A stretch of 63,981 nt of DNA, the filler included, from an uncultured bacterium (lineage in GTDB: Bacteria; CAYJOG01): assembly GCA_964371695.1 (NCBI GenBank). It is 7 parts of 7 records of this genome, joined end to end, with 100 filler letters (N's around TTAATTAATTAA, not from the genome) between each part and the next. Parts side by side here need not be neighbours in the genome. Positions count along the whole stretch, not along the records: positions 27,785 to 36,852 come from CAYJOG010000081.1; positions 36,953 to 45,949 come from CAYJOG010000082.1; 5 more parts are not named here. One strand, written 5' to 3'. Position numbers and translations under genes: made by a program. Each line of letters begins with the position of its first letter. The first letter of the stretch is position 1. The notes under the pieces are model-generated. The model was not told the DNA's origin and searched no databases. It saw only the letters and a program-made list of their open reading frames with translations. Of this stretch, positions 29,249 to 39,395 are shown in pieces.

Positions 29249-29656
29249 ATTCTCCTTTTTATTCTTGGCCCGTTGGTGTGAGGTTTTGGAGGATGGCCGG
29301 ATTCTATCAGAGAAGGCCATTGTTGTCCAGCATTACTTTGTGTTTTATGAAGATTTGAACAAGTGATGGCCGTCGCATTGCGTGAAAAAAACCACAATAT
29401 AGGCAGTTTTATCAGGGTTATTTTAGTTTTATTTTTTCACTGGTCAGCTTTAAATATTTATTAACTTTTAATATATAATTAAACACGACCCTGTTTGAAA
29501 AGTAGGGCTGTGCTGGTGAAAAAAAGACCTCTCCACCCCCGTCACATGGGGCTGAAAAAGCAGTTTGCCGAAAGTCGGCCCACTGCCCAAAAGCGGTGGT
29601 TTTGGCATTAGGATGCTAGGGCAGCCGGGCGCCTTTTTCTGGCTGCAGGAGGACCC

Positions 29657-31798
29657 ATGAGTCAAGACTGTTCAACCGAATACGCCAACTGGCAGCGTCT
29701 GTTGGAAAAAGAAACCAAAGGCAAGGGGCCAGACGCCCTGGCCTGGATGTCGCCCGAAGGCATTCCCCTCAAGCCGCTTTACACCGCCCAGGACCTGGAA
29801 AACCTGGAAAACACCAACACCCTGCCGGGGCTGTTTCCGTTTCTGCGGGGTGTGCGGGCCAGCATGTACGCAGGCCGCCCCTGGACGATTCGCCAGTATT
29901 CCGGTTTTTCCACCGCTGAGGAAAGCAATGCTTTTTATCGCCGCAATCTGGCCGCCGGACAAAAGGGCCTGAGCGTAGCGTTTGACCTGGCCACCCACCG
30001 GGGTTATGACAGCGATCACCCCCGCGTGGTGGGCGACGTGGGCAAGGCGGGCGTGGCGATAGACAGCATCGAGGACATGAAGATCCTCTTCGACGGCATT
30101 CCGCTCAAGGAAATGTCCGTCTCCATGACCATGAACGGCGCGGTGCTGCCGGTGCTGGCCATGTTTGTGGCCGCCGGTGAAGAGCAGGGCGCGAGTCAGG
30201 CCGACCTCACGGGCACCATCCAGAACGACATCCTCAAGGAATTCATGGTGCGCAACACCTATATCTACCCGCCGGAAATGTCCATGCGCATTGTGGGCGA
30301 CATCATCGAATACACCAGCCAGCACATGCCGCGTTTCAACAGCATTTCCATCAGCGGTTATCACATGCAGGAGGCAGGCTCCACCTGCGTGCAGGAACTG
30401 GGCTACACCCTGGCCGATGGTGTGGAATATGTAGAGGAAGCCCTGCGCCGGGGGCTGGACATAGACAGCTTTGCCCCGCGCCTGAGTTTTTTCTGGTCCA
30501 TCGGCATGAACTTTTACATGGAAATCGCCAAGATGCGCGCCGCGCGGATGCTCTGGGCCAAGCTGATTTCCCGCTACAACCCCAAAAAGCCCGACAGCAT
30601 GATGCTGCGGGTGCATTGCCAGACAAGCGGCGCAAGCCTCACCGAGCAGGACCCTTACAACAACGTCATCCGCACCACGCTGGAGGCGCTCGCGGCCGTG
30701 CTGGGGGGCACGCAGTCGCTGCACACCAACAGTTTTGACGAGGCCGTGGCCCTGCCCACCGACTTCAGCATGCGCATCGCCCGCAACACCCAGTTGATCT
30801 TGCAGGAGGAGAGCCACATCACCCATGTGGTGGATCCCTTCGGTGGTAGTTATTTCATGGAGTCCCTCACCCACAGCGTGGCCGCTGAGGCCATGAAGCT
30901 GTTTGACGAAGTGCAGGAACTGGGGGGCATGGGCAAGGCCATCGAGGCGGGGATTCCCAAAATGCGTATCGAAGAAAGCGCCGCCCGGCGGCAGGCCATG
31001 GTAGACAGCGGCATGGAAACCGTGGTGGGGGTGAACCGCTACAAGGCGTCTGAGGAAACCTCTTTTGACGTGCTGGACATTGACAACCACGCCGTGTTGT
31101 TGGCCCAGCAGGCGCGCCTGGACAAAATCAGGAAAGAGCGCGACCCGGCCCGCTGCGCCGCTGCGCTCAAGGCCATCGAAGACGCGGCCCGCAGTGGCCA
31201 GGGCAACCTGCTGGCGCTCAGCATTGAGGCGGCGCACGCACGGGCCACGCTGGGTGAAATCAGCCAAGCCATTGAAAATGTGTGTGGACGGCACCGGGCG
31301 GTGATCCGTACCATTCGAGGGGTGTACGCAGGCGCGAACCAGAACCAGGACGATCTGAAGGCCATCCGCACCGAGGTGGAGGATTTTGAAAAGGCCCATG
31401 GCCGCAGGCCGCGCATTCTGGTGGCCAAGCTGGGTCAGGACGGACACGACCGGGGGGCCAAGGTCATCGCCACCTCGTTTGCCGACCTGGGGTTTGACGT
31501 GGACGTGGGGCCGCTGTTCAGCACGCCGCAGGAAGTCGCCCGCATGGCGGTGGAAAACGACGTACACGTGGTGGGGGTGAGCACCCAGGCGGCGGGACAC
31601 AAAACCCTGGTGCCCCAACTGGTGCAGGCCCTGGCGCAGGAGGGGGCCACGGATATTCGCGTGGTGGGGGGCGGCGTGATTCCCAAGAAGGATTACGACG
31701 CGCTGAAACAGGCGGGGGTCGTGTGCATTTTTGGCCCCGGCACGCCGGTGCCCCAGGCGGCGCGGGACGTGCTCAGGGCCATTGGCAACGGGGTGTAG
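29657..31798 (+). CDS. scpA: Methylmalonyl-CoA mutase (single-chain, B12-binding)
   Basis: [59 protein letters not shown]. Confidence 0.97.
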   Translation: MSQDCSTEYANWQRLLEKETKGKGPDALAWMSPEGIPLKPLYTAQDLENLENTNTLPGLFPFLRGVRASMYAGRPWTIRQYSGFSTAEESNAFYRRNLAAGQKGLSVAFDLATHRGYDSDHPRVVGDVGKAGVAIDSIEDMKILFDGIPLKEMSVSMTMNGAVLPVLAMFVAAGEEQGASQADLTGTIQNDILKEFMVRNTYIYPPEMSMRIVGDIIEYTSQHMPRFNSISISGYHMQEAGSTCVQELGYTLADGVEYVEEALRRGLDIDSFAPRLSFFWSIGMNFYMEIAKMRAARMLWAKLISRYNPKKPDSMMLRVHCQTSGASLTEQDPYNNVIRTTLEALAAVLGGTQSLHTNSFDEAVALPTDFSMRIARNTQLILQEESHITHVVDPFGGSYFMESLTHSVAAEAMKLFDEVQELGGMGKAIEAGIPKMRIEESAARRQAMVDSGMETVVGVNRYKASEETSFDVLDIDNHAVLLAQQARLDKIRKERDPARCAAALKAIEDAARSGQGNLLALSIEAAHARATLGEISQAIENVCGRHRAVIRTIRGVYAGANQNQDDLKAIRTEVEDFEKAHGRRPRILVAKLGQDGHDRGAKVIATSFADLGFDVDVGPLFSTPQEVARMAVENDVHVVGVSTQAAGHKTLVPQLVQALAQEGATDIRVVGGGVIPKKDYDALKQAGVVCIFGPGTPVPQAARDVLRAIGNGV

Positions 31799-31804
31799 CC
31801 CTCT

Positions 31805-32794
31805 GTGCAAACCCCTTCATTGAACTGGTTTGTCGAGGCGGTGAAGGGTGGCTCGCGCCACGGTCTGGCCAAGGCCATCACCCTGGTGGAATCACACCAC
31901 CCCGAACACCGGCGGCTGGCGGGGGAACTCTTGAGCGCCCTGGGGCCGCCGCCAGAAGACACGCGGCGTATTGGTTTGAGCGGCGTGCCCGGTGTGGGAA
32001 AGTCCACGTTCATTGAATCTTTCGGCCTGTTTTTGATTGAGAAAGGTCACCGGGTGGCGGTGCTTTCGGTGGACCCCACCAGCCCCCTCAGCGGCGGCAG
32101 CATTCTGGGCGACAAAACCCGCATGCCCCAATTGAGCAATCACCCCCAGGCGTTCATCCGGCCCAGTCCCTCGGGCGGCGCGCTGGGGGGTGTGGCGTGG
32201 CGCACCCGCGAGACACAACACCTGCTGGAGGCGGCGGGTTATGACACGGTGCTGGTGGAGACCGTGGGCGTGGGGCAGTCCGAAACCGACGTGGCGGACA
32301 TGACGGATTTTTTTCTGCTGTTGATGCTGGCGGGCGCGGGAGATGAACTGCAGGGCATGAAAAAAGGCATTCTGGAACTGGCCGACGCCATGGTGATCAA
32401 CAAGGTGGACGACGTGGGTAAGGCGGCGGCCCTGAGGGCCAGGGCGGACATTGAAAGCGCACTGGGTCTGACGCCGCAAAGTGACCGCCCCGGTGCGCTG
32501 GCGGGCTGGCGTGCGCCGGTGTTGCTGGCCAGCGGTCTGACGGGCGAGGGGCTGGCTGAAATTCACGATGTGATTGAACGGCATCAGCGGCAGGCGGCTG
32601 AGACAGGGGCCAAGGCGCGGCGGCGCAGGCATCAGAACCTCGCCTGGTTTCACCGCCTGCTGCAAGAGGAACTGATGGTGCGCCTGCGGTCACATGCGGG
32701 CGTGGGCAAAATCTGGCCAGCGGTGGAGGCCGACGTGGAGGCGGGCAACCTGGGTGTGCAGGAGGCCGTGGCGCGTGTGCTGGCTTTTTTGTGA
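31805..32794 (+). CDS. meaB: Methylmalonyl-CoA mutase-associated GTPase
   Basis: GVPGVGKST, VDPTSPLSGGSILGDKTRM, ETVGVGQSE, GDELQGMKKG. Confidence 0.96.
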   Translation: MQTPSLNWFVEAVKGGSRHGLAKAITLVESHHPEHRRLAGELLSALGPPPEDTRRIGLSGVPGVGKSTFIESFGLFLIEKGHRVAVLSVDPTSPLSGGSILGDKTRMPQLSNHPQAFIRPSPSGGALGGVAWRTRETQHLLEAAGYDTVLVETVGVGQSETDVADMTDFFLLLMLAGAGDELQGMKKGILELADAMVINKVDDVGKAAALRARADIESALGLTPQSDRPGALAGWRAPVLLASGLTGEGLAEIHDVIERHQRQAAETGAKARRRRHQNLAWFHRLLQEELMVRLRSHAGVGKIWPAVEADVEAGNLGVQEAVARVLAFL

Positions 32795-32804
32795 CCGGCT
32801 GTTT

Positions 32805-33434
32805 TCACTGCAAAAACGGGTTGAGGCGTTTCTCCTGCAAAAGCGTGGTGTCTTCGCCGTGGCCGGTGATGACGTGGGTGTGTTCCGGCAGTTTCAGCAG
32901 GCGGCTGTGAATGCTGTTCATGATGGTGTCATAACTGCCGCCCCACAGGTCGGTGCGGCCAATGCTGCCCGCAAACAGTGTGTCGCCCGCCAGCAGCAGC
33001 GGGGTTTCGGTGTTCAGAAAAAAACACACGCTGCCCGGTGAGTGGCCGGGGGTGTGCAGCACCTCCAGGGGAGTTTGCAGGTCTTCCAGCATTTCCCTGT
33101 CTTTAAGGGGAGAGCCCAGGGCGGTGGTGGCCACACGGGGCAGGCCCAGCAGTCGGCTTTGCAGGTCCATCATGGCATACAGGCCATTGTCTTCGCTGTG
33201 CAGGCGCACGGGAATGTCATATTCCTCGCTCAGTTCCTTGGCGGCCACCACGTGGTCGATGTGGGCGTGGGTGATGAGAATGGCCACGGGGGTGAGGCCC
33301 AGTGTGCTCAGGCGTTCGCGCACCCAGTGGCCGTCGCCGCCGGGGTCAATGATGTAGGCCTTTTTGGTGTGGGGGTCTCCCAGGATGGTGCAGTTGCAGC
33401 CCAGCAGCCCCACAGGTTTTGTTTCACGAATCAT
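32805..33434 (-). CDS. MBL-fold metallo-hydrolase (glyoxalase II-like)
   Basis: THAHIDH, HTPGHSPG, GDTLF.GSIGRTD, GHG. Confidence 0.94.
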   Translation of the reverse strand: MIRETKPVGLLGCNCTILGDPHTKKAYIIDPGGDGHWVRERLSTLGLTPVAILITHAHIDHVVAAKELSEEYDIPVRLHSEDNGLYAMMDLQSRLLGLPRVATTALGSPLKDREMLEDLQTPLEVLHTPGHSPGSVCFFLNTETPLLLAGDTLFAGSIGRTDLWGGSYDTIMNSIHSRLLKLPEHTHVITGHGEDTTLLQEKRLNPFLQ

Positions 33435-33489
33435 GGGGGCATTTTATGTCGGGAGCGGAAAGCGCCGCAGGTTCATATAACATGAGCCG

Positions 33490-34377
33490 GTGCCGTTTGT
33501 GATTTTGTCCAAGCCCGGTGTGGGGGAGACCCTGCGGCGGGTGTTGCCTCTGACCGTGGGGCTTGTGCTGATGGTTTCTCCGGCCAGGGCCGAGGAAAAC
33601 GCCGACTGGGTGGCCGGGCGCGCCGAACAGGACTTCGCCCGTGTGGCCGAGGCGCTGCTGCGCCTGCCGGAATCCACCGTGCTGTCTCTGAGTCACGACA
33701 CCGACGCGCTGGAAAAACTCATCCAGCAACTCAAAAACCAGCCGGGGGGGCAAAAGACTTTTCTCACCCTGCCGTTTGCCGCGCCCAAAACGGGCACTTG
33801 GTTTGTGGTGCAGGGGCAACTGGACCTGGTGAGCCACCGCAAGGGCACCAGCAACGCCTGGGCGTGGGATCTCGTGCTGAAAAACGCCGCAGGCCAGCAG
33901 ACCGACCCGGTCAAAAGCGGCAACGAGGCGCACTTTTGCTGGAACCAGCCGGTGCTGGCCCCCGCCCCCGGCGCGGTGCTGAAGGTGGAAAACAGCAAGC
34001 CCGATCACGCCCCCAGCGCCGTGCCCAAAGATGGTGGCAATTTTGTGATTCTGGACCACCTCAACGGCGAGGCCACGGCGCTGTGGCATTTCAAGCAGGG
34101 CAGCGTGGTGGTCAAACCGGGCGACCGTGTGCGGCGGGGCGACATGTTGGGGGCCTGTGGCAACAGCGGCAACAGCCTGTTCCCGCACATTCACATGCAA
34201 CTGGACAAACTGGACCCGGTCACCGGCCAGCGCACCGCCGCCCCCGCTGTGCTGGGCATTTACCGCCGGGGCAAAACGGGCGAGACCCTGGAGCGCCACC
34301 GCGTGGCCAAAAGGGGCGAGTTTCTCGCGCCCTTTTCGCTTACGCCCGCGCTGCCTGTTGGGGTGAGCGGTGATTGA
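33490..34377 (+). CDS. M23 family metallopeptidase, exported
   Basis: Signal peptide; H..AWD, GNFVILDH, H...GS..VKPGDRV, GNSGNSLFPHIH. Confidence 0.85.
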   Translation: MPFVILSKPGVGETLRRVLPLTVGLVLMVSPARAEENADWVAGRAEQDFARVAEALLRLPESTVLSLSHDTDALEKLIQQLKNQPGGQKTFLTLPFAAPKTGTWFVVQGQLDLVSHRKGTSNAWAWDLVLKNAAGQQTDPVKSGNEAHFCWNQPVLAPAPGAVLKVENSKPDHAPSAVPKDGGNFVILDHLNGEATALWHFKQGSVVVKPGDRVRRGDMLGACGNSGNSLFPHIHMQLDKLDPVTGQRTAAPAVLGIYRRGKTGETLERHRVAKRGEFLAPFSLTPALPVGVSGD

Positions 34378-34678
34378 TACCATTTCCCAACCAAAAGTGC
34401 GACAACCCCGGCCCCTTGGCGACACCCATGGCCAGAGGCCATGGATGGCCGTTTCCGCCGCCGGGCCAGAGTGGTCGGTGTTCATCCAAAGGGTTGGGGC
34501 TGGTCAAAAAACCATGATGAGCAAACGGTTTCCAGGGCTGGTCTGGCCCGTGCGGCGTTGTTTGCAAGGTTTCAAGGATGAAACCGGCGAACCAGAAAAC
34601 ATAAGCCGGGCAGGCCTCCTGTTTGTCTTGCCCTTTTCGCTTGCGCCCGCGCTGCCTGTTGGGGTGAGCGGTGATTGA
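34329..34678 (+). repeat. 49-bp direct repeat (34329-34377 / 34630-34678) flanking family C element copy 2
   Basis: GCCCTTTTCGCTT(A/G)CGCCCGCGCTGCCTGTTGGGGTGAGCGGTGATTGA twice with one mismatch, 301 bp apart. Confidence 0.92.
34370..34678 (+). other. 102-codon bridge ORF between the M23 and GT2 genes
   Basis: Starts at the duplicated GT2 start (GTGATTGA) and ends with the duplicated M23 C-terminus PFSL.PALPVGVSGD*. Confidence 0.5.
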
Positions 34679-35369
34679 GGGCCTGAGCGTGGGTCTGGCG
34701 CTGCCGTGCCTGAACGAAGAAGAAGCCCTGCGGCTGATGCTGCCCGGCCTGCCGCCGGGGTTTGATGAAGTGGTGGTGGCGGACAACGGCAGCACCGACG
34801 CCACGGCTCAGGTGGCTGCCAGCCTGGGGGCCAGGGTGGTGCCTGTGCCCCAGCGGGGATACGGCCACGCCTGCCGGGCGGGACTCATGGCGGTGAAAAG
34901 CGACGTGGTGGTCATCATGGACGCGGACAACACCTATCCCATTCAGGCCGTGCCGGAACTGGTGCGCCTGATGGCCAGGGAGAATCTGGATTTCATCAGT
35001 GTGGCCCGTGGCGGCATGGACCCCTTTCGCAGCCTGGACGCTTTTGTGCGGCGTCTGGGCGAGCGCATTCTGGCCCTGGCGGTGTGGCAGGCCACGGGGG
35101 TAAAACTGCTGGACAGCCAGAGCGGCATGTGGGTGATCCGCACCCGGTGTCTTGAGGCCATTTTGCCCGTGAGCGGCGGCATGAGTTTTTCGCAGGAAAT
35201 CAAGACCATCGCGCTCACGCAAAAGGGCCTGCGGGCGCGGGAACTGAGTGTGCCTTTTCCCAACAATGCCCGTGCGGGTAAAAGCAAATTGCGTCTGTGG
35301 CACGATGGCCTGGATAATCTGAAACAGGCCCTTTTGCTGGGCAGGAGACTGCGTGAGCGCCAGACGTAA
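34671..35369 (+). CDS. GT2 glycosyltransferase (polyprenol-phosphate sugar synthase-like)
   Basis: PCLNEE, VADNGSTDAT, GYGHA, MDADNTY, DSQSG, RAGKSKL. Confidence 0.9.
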   Translation: MIEGLSVGLALPCLNEEEALRLMLPGLPPGFDEVVVADNGSTDATAQVAASLGARVVPVPQRGYGHACRAGLMAVKSDVVVIMDADNTYPIQAVPELVRLMARENLDFISVARGGMDPFRSLDAFVRRLGERILALAVWQATGVKLLDSQSGMWVIRTRCLEAILPVSGGMSFSQEIKTIALTQKGLRARELSVPFPNNARAGKSKLRLWHDGLDNLKQALLLGRRLRERQT

Positions 35370-36201
35370 AACCCTTTCTGTTCCCCCCGAAGCCCGCGTG
35401 CGCCTGCCCCCTCACAGCGCCATGCCGCTTCTGGGGCTGGGGCCGGGGGGCGTGCTTTTGGTGGTGGTGGCGCACCCCGACGACGAACTGGCGATTGCCG
35501 CCACACTGCGCGAAGTGGTGCGCCGGGGGCATCCGGTGTTTCTGCACATCGCCACCAGCGGCGAGCGCAGCCAGAGCGGCGCCACCGGCCCTGAGCGCGA
35601 GGCCGAAAGCACACAGGCCTGCGCCGCCCTGGGCATTGGCCGGGGGCATCTTTCGTTTCAGCGCCTGCCCGATGGCGGTGTGCTGGAACACCTGCCCCAA
35701 CTGGTCGAAAAAACCCGCAGCCTGATTCACCGCCATCATCCACAAACGGTGTTGTCCATCGGTTTTGAAGGGGGACACCTGGATCACGACAGCGTGAACG
35801 CGGCGGTGTTCCTGGCCCGGCGCGGCACCCCCACGGTGATGTTCGAGTTCCCTGCCTATCACGTGGAAGGCATGATGCCCCGGGCGCTCAGGTTTCCGCG
35901 CCACGGCCCGCCGGGGGGGGCTGCGCAATATGTCAAAGCGCCCGATCACAAGGCACTTTATGAGCAGCAGAAAAATCTTTACCCCAGCCAGATCAAGGGT
36001 TTGAGCCAGATGGAAAAAACAGCCGATGTATCTGGCCTGATTCGGCGCGGTGAATCGGTGCGGCTGGTGCCCAGAGACCGGGATTTTTCCAGCGCCCCCG
36101 GCACGCGGCCCCTGGGTTATGAAATCATGGCCTTTCCACGCCGCCGCTGGTTTGGCGAGTTCCGCCACGCCCTCAGGGCGCTTCAGGGCAAGGGCGAATG
36201 A
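35353..36201 (+). CDS. PIG-L/LmbE family de-N-acetylase
   Basis: VVAHPDDE, ATSGE, RE.E...A...LG, GGHLDH. Confidence 0.9.
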   Translation: MSARRKTLSVPPEARVRLPPHSAMPLLGLGPGGVLLVVVAHPDDELAIAATLREVVRRGHPVFLHIATSGERSQSGATGPEREAESTQACAALGIGRGHLSFQRLPDGGVLEHLPQLVEKTRSLIHRHHPQTVLSIGFEGGHLDHDSVNAAVFLARRGTPTVMFEFPAYHVEGMMPRALRFPRHGPPGGAAQYVKAPDHKALYEQQKNLYPSQIKGLSQMEKTADVSGLIRRGESVRLVPRDRDFSSAPGTRPLGYEIMAFPRRRWFGEFRHALRALQGKGE

Positions 36202-36852
36202 CCGAAACCGCGCCTGTGCCGGTGGATGAAAAAACCACGGGGCGGTTGCCGTGGCTGGCGGCGCTGTTTGCTTTTGCGGTTTTCTTTTTCTGTTACAGCG
36301 GCAAGCCGGACAACAGCATTGACGGGCGTTACATGATTCGCGTGACCCACAACCTGCTTGATCACGGCAGCTTTTCCATCAACGCGCCAGAAGAAAAAAC
36401 CGTGTTTTCAAAATACGGCATCGGTCTTTCGCTGGTGTATCTGCCGATGGATGCGCTGGGCAAAACCGTGGGGGCCCTGTTGCCGGTGGGGCCCGAAAAA
36501 GCCTTTTGGGTGCGGGAGTTCATTCTGGGGCTTTCGCACGCGGTGTTTGGCGCGCTCACGGTGGCGGGGGCGGTGTTGCTGTTGCTGTCGCTGGGGCTGA
36601 CGCCGCGCCAGTCGGTGACCGGGGGGTTGTTGTCGGTCTTTTCCACCGCCCTGTGGGTCTACGCCAAGGCGGACTTCGCCGAGTCGTTGCAGGCCTGTTG
36701 TCTGGTGTGGTTGTTTTATGTGCTGGGGCCGGTGGCGGCCCGGCGGCCCGGCCGGTCGGCCTTTTGGGCCGGGGGGCTGGTGGGGTTGCTGTTTCTGAGC
36801 AAGGTGACGGTGCTGCTGGCCGCGCCGGAGGCGGCGGTGTATGCCCTGGTGT
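36198..36852 (+). CDS. Polytopic membrane protein, probable GT-C (ArnT/PMT-like) glycosyltransferase, 3'-truncated
   Basis: TM1 followed by SIDG acidic loop, SKYGIG, multiple TMs, FAE, L.K; in an operon with GT2. Confidence 0.65.
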
Positions 36853-36952
36853 NNNNNNNNNNNNNNNNNNNNNNNNNNNNNNNNNNNNNNNNNNNNTTAA
36901 TTAATTAANNNNNNNNNNNNNNNNNNNNNNNNNNNNNNNNNNNNNNNNNNNN

Positions 36953-37623
36953 CCCCGCGCCAGCCACAGGGCGGCGGCCACGGCGTCTACCACGTGTACA
37001 AAAGGCAGGCGGTTGTCCGCCGAGGTGCTCACCACCGGAATGGGCAGGGCCGCGAGGGTCTTCACCATGGTGAACACGCCGTAGCGGTTGCGGGGGCCAT
37101 ACATGGGGGCGGGGCGGACAAACAGCGCGGGCAGGCCCTCGGCGTCGATGTATTCCTGCACGGCGATTTCCATTTCCAGCTTGCTCTGGTCAAAGAAGTT
37201 GCCGGGGTGTTTGGGCGTGTCCTCACGCACGGGGATGTATTCGCCGCGAGGGGTGCCATACACGCCGATGCTGCTCCACACCACCATTTTTTCCACACCC
37301 TGCAAAAGCGCCGCCTCGCACAGGTTGCGGGTGCCGAACACGTTCACGCGCCGGTTGAGGCGGATGGGCGCGGTGTAATCAAAAAGCGCGGCGATGTGAA
37401 ACACCCAGCCCACGTTTCGGAGCAACGGGCGCAGGGCCTGTTTGTCCAGAATGTCGGCGGGCATGAAGGTGACGTTGGGCAGTTCGTCGATATAGGCGGC
37501 GTCGGCGCCCGGCAGGTCGGTGGCGATCACCTCTGCGCCGGCGGCCACCAGTTTTTCTACCATATAGCGGCCACAAAAACCGGCCGCGCCGGTGACAAGA
37601 CAACGAGGGGGCTTCTGACTCAT
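36953..37623 (-). CDS. NAD-dependent epimerase/dehydratase (3-beta-HSD-like), 3'-truncated
   Basis: VTGAAGFCG, FHIAA, VNV.GT.N, FDQSK (Phe in place of the usual YxxxK Tyr), RP..YGP. Confidence 0.88.
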
Positions 37624-37769
37624 GGCGACAGTCTAGCAATTCATCGGAAGGCTGGTCCGGCTCTGTCGCGCAGTCTCAGAATCGGCGGCGCGCAAATTCG
37701 AGGGGGATGCCGAAAGGGTCACCTCCCATAGCTGCTAACTTTGAATGAATCGGCGTGGCCGCGCTTCTG

Positions 37770-38112
37770 TGCGGCATCGTTTACGTTTATTCAAAAGCGA
37801 GGCCGCAGGCCCCACCTTGAACCCCCCTGTGGGGGGTTTGGGGGGCTGGCGGGTTGTCCGACGGATGGTTTTCGCCAAACTGATAAACATCACAAAAAGC
37901 CCGAAACTGGCGGGGTTTTTTAATCAACCCCCATCCCCCGCGCCGCAATGCGCCACCCCCCTTCCCCGCCGGGGAAGGGGGGTGGCGGGGGCGCTGCCGC
38001 GCTCCGGATTTTTTATTGGATGGGCGGACCTGTCAGCCCGCTTGGCGCCCTCGGCAGGTTCCATGCTGCCCCCGTTGAGAAATCCCAGGCGGGGCTTCCT
38101 CAACAATCTGAG
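37770..38112. repeat. Palindrome-rich composite element
   Basis: ACCCCCCTGTGGGGGGT, CCCCCCTTCCCC-GCC-GGGGAAGGGGGG, GGCAGGTTCCATGCTGCC; TCAACAATCTGA end resembles ~11786-11797. Confidence 0.6.
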
Positions 38113-38276
38113 GAAGAGGGAGTTTCAATGGGTTCATCTTCCAGATACAACTCCACGGCTTCTTTCAAGTTGACCAGGGCTTCTTCCACCGTGCGGCCTT
38201 CGCTCACCACGTCCACTTCCAGGCAGCGGGCCATCACGCCACCTTCTTCTGGCATCAGCACGGTGGTCATTCTCAC
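38100..38276 (-). CDS. HicB-family (UPF0150) antitoxin, 58 aa, absent from the ORF track
   Basis: MRMTTVLMPEEGGVMARCLEVDVVSEGRTVEEALVNLKEAVELYLEDEPIETPSSSDC*; GTG 6 nt after TACCCT. Confidence 0.85.
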   Translation of the reverse strand: MRMTTVLMPEEGGVMARCLEVDVVSEGRTVEEALVNLKEAVELYLEDEPIETPSSSDC

Positions 38277-38354
38277 CACTTAAGGGTAGCGCGAGTTGGC
38301 GTTGCCGGGCGCAGAATGAAGCCTCCTGGGGGTTCATCAGATTAAAAAAAGGTG

Positions 38355-38410
38355 GTAGCGCAGGCTTCCCGCCTGCGATTTTAAAAGCTCAGGCAAGATG
38401 CCTGAGCCAC
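38355..38410. repeat. Inverted REP pair (GTAG/GTGG)
   Basis: GTAGCGCAGGCTTCCCGCCTGCG ... CTCAGGCAAGATGCCTGAGCCAC. Confidence 0.75.
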
Positions 38411-38441
38411 CAATTTTAAGCCGAATGAACCACCGGGGGTT

Positions 38442-39380
38442 TTATCCCACCGGAAACAGTTTCTTCAGCAACTCACCCGCGCCGTCATAGGGCGTTGTTT
38501 TGCCCGCCGCCACCGCCGCGGTCAGGGGCGCCGCCGGGCCGTTCAGCAACGCCTCGCGGCGCGTCTCCCAGGCTTCGTTCAGAAAAAGCCGCGTGAGCGA
38601 AAGCCTGCGGTCGCCCTCTACGGTTTCGCGCTGGCCAGACGTGTCCAGCCATCCGCCGTGTTTTTGCACCAGCGCCCAAAAGTCGGTCACGCCCTGGCCG
38701 GTCAGGCTGTTCACCAGGGCCACGGGCACGGCCCAGCCGCCGCTGGCGGGCAACTGGTGCAGTTCATTCTGCACCTGCAAAAAAAGCTCCCGTGCGCCGG
38801 GCATGTCGGCCTTGTTCACCACAAACAGGTCCGCCAGTTCAATGATGCCCGCCTTCATGAACTGGATGGTGTCGCCATAGCCGGGCACCAGCACCACCAC
38901 GGTGGTGTGGGCCGCCTGACGCACATCGGCCCCCAACTGGCCCATGCCCACCGTCTCCAGCAGCACCACGTCAAAACCCAGCCACTCAAACACTTCCAGG
39001 CCGCCCCGGGCCGCCTTGCTCAGGCCCCCCAGGCTTTCTTTGCTGGCGTAACTGCGAATGAAAACGCCGTCGTCCAGACCGGCGCTGGTCATGCGGATGC
39101 GGTCGCCCAATATGCTGCCGCCGCTGAAGGGGCTGGTGGGGTCCACCGCCACCACGGCCACGGTTTTTTTCTGGCCGCGCAGGTGGCGGATGAGCTGATC
39201 CAGAAACGTGCTTTTGCCCGCGCCGGGCGGCCCGGTCACGCCCAGCACCAGTGAGCGTTTCTTTTTCAGCCCCAGGTCGCCCAGGCGGGAGAGGTCCGAT
39301 TCCACGGCGCTCAGCAACTTGCCGATGGCCCGCTTGTCCATCTTTTTTGCGCTGGCGATGAGGCTTTTGTCCAGGGCCAT
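38442..39380 (-). CDS. meaB: Second MeaB/ArgK family GTPase
   Basis: GVTGPPGAGKST, VDPTSPFSGGSILGDRIRM, ETVG.GQ, PGYGDTIQFMKAGIIELAD, NKAD. Confidence 0.93.
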   Translation of the reverse strand: MALDKSLIASAKKMDKRAIGKLLSAVESDLSRLGDLGLKKKRSLVLGVTGPPGAGKSTFLDQLIRHLRGQKKTVAVVAVDPTSPFSGGSILGDRIRMTSAGLDDGVFIRSYASKESLGGLSKAARGGLEVFEWLGFDVVLLETVGMGQLGADVRQAAHTTVVVLVPGYGDTIQFMKAGIIELADLFVVNKADMPGARELFLQVQNELHQLPASGGWAVPVALVNSLTGQGVTDFWALVQKHGGWLDTSGQRETVEGDRRLSLTRLFLNEAWETRREALLNGPAAPLTAAVAAGKTTPYDGAGELLKKLFPVG

Positions 39381-39395
39381 GGGGGGCCAAGTATA

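Noticed and set aside
29380-29656. Cobalamin riboswitch upstream of the mutase
   Set aside because: No recognisable B12-box elements; the region is an AT-rich promoter area plus a MITE-like end.
34329-34678. 49-bp repeat at a gene 3' end as a DGR VR/TR pair
   Set aside because: Too short, with one mismatch whose A is in the gene copy rather than the putative template; no reverse transcriptase in the window.
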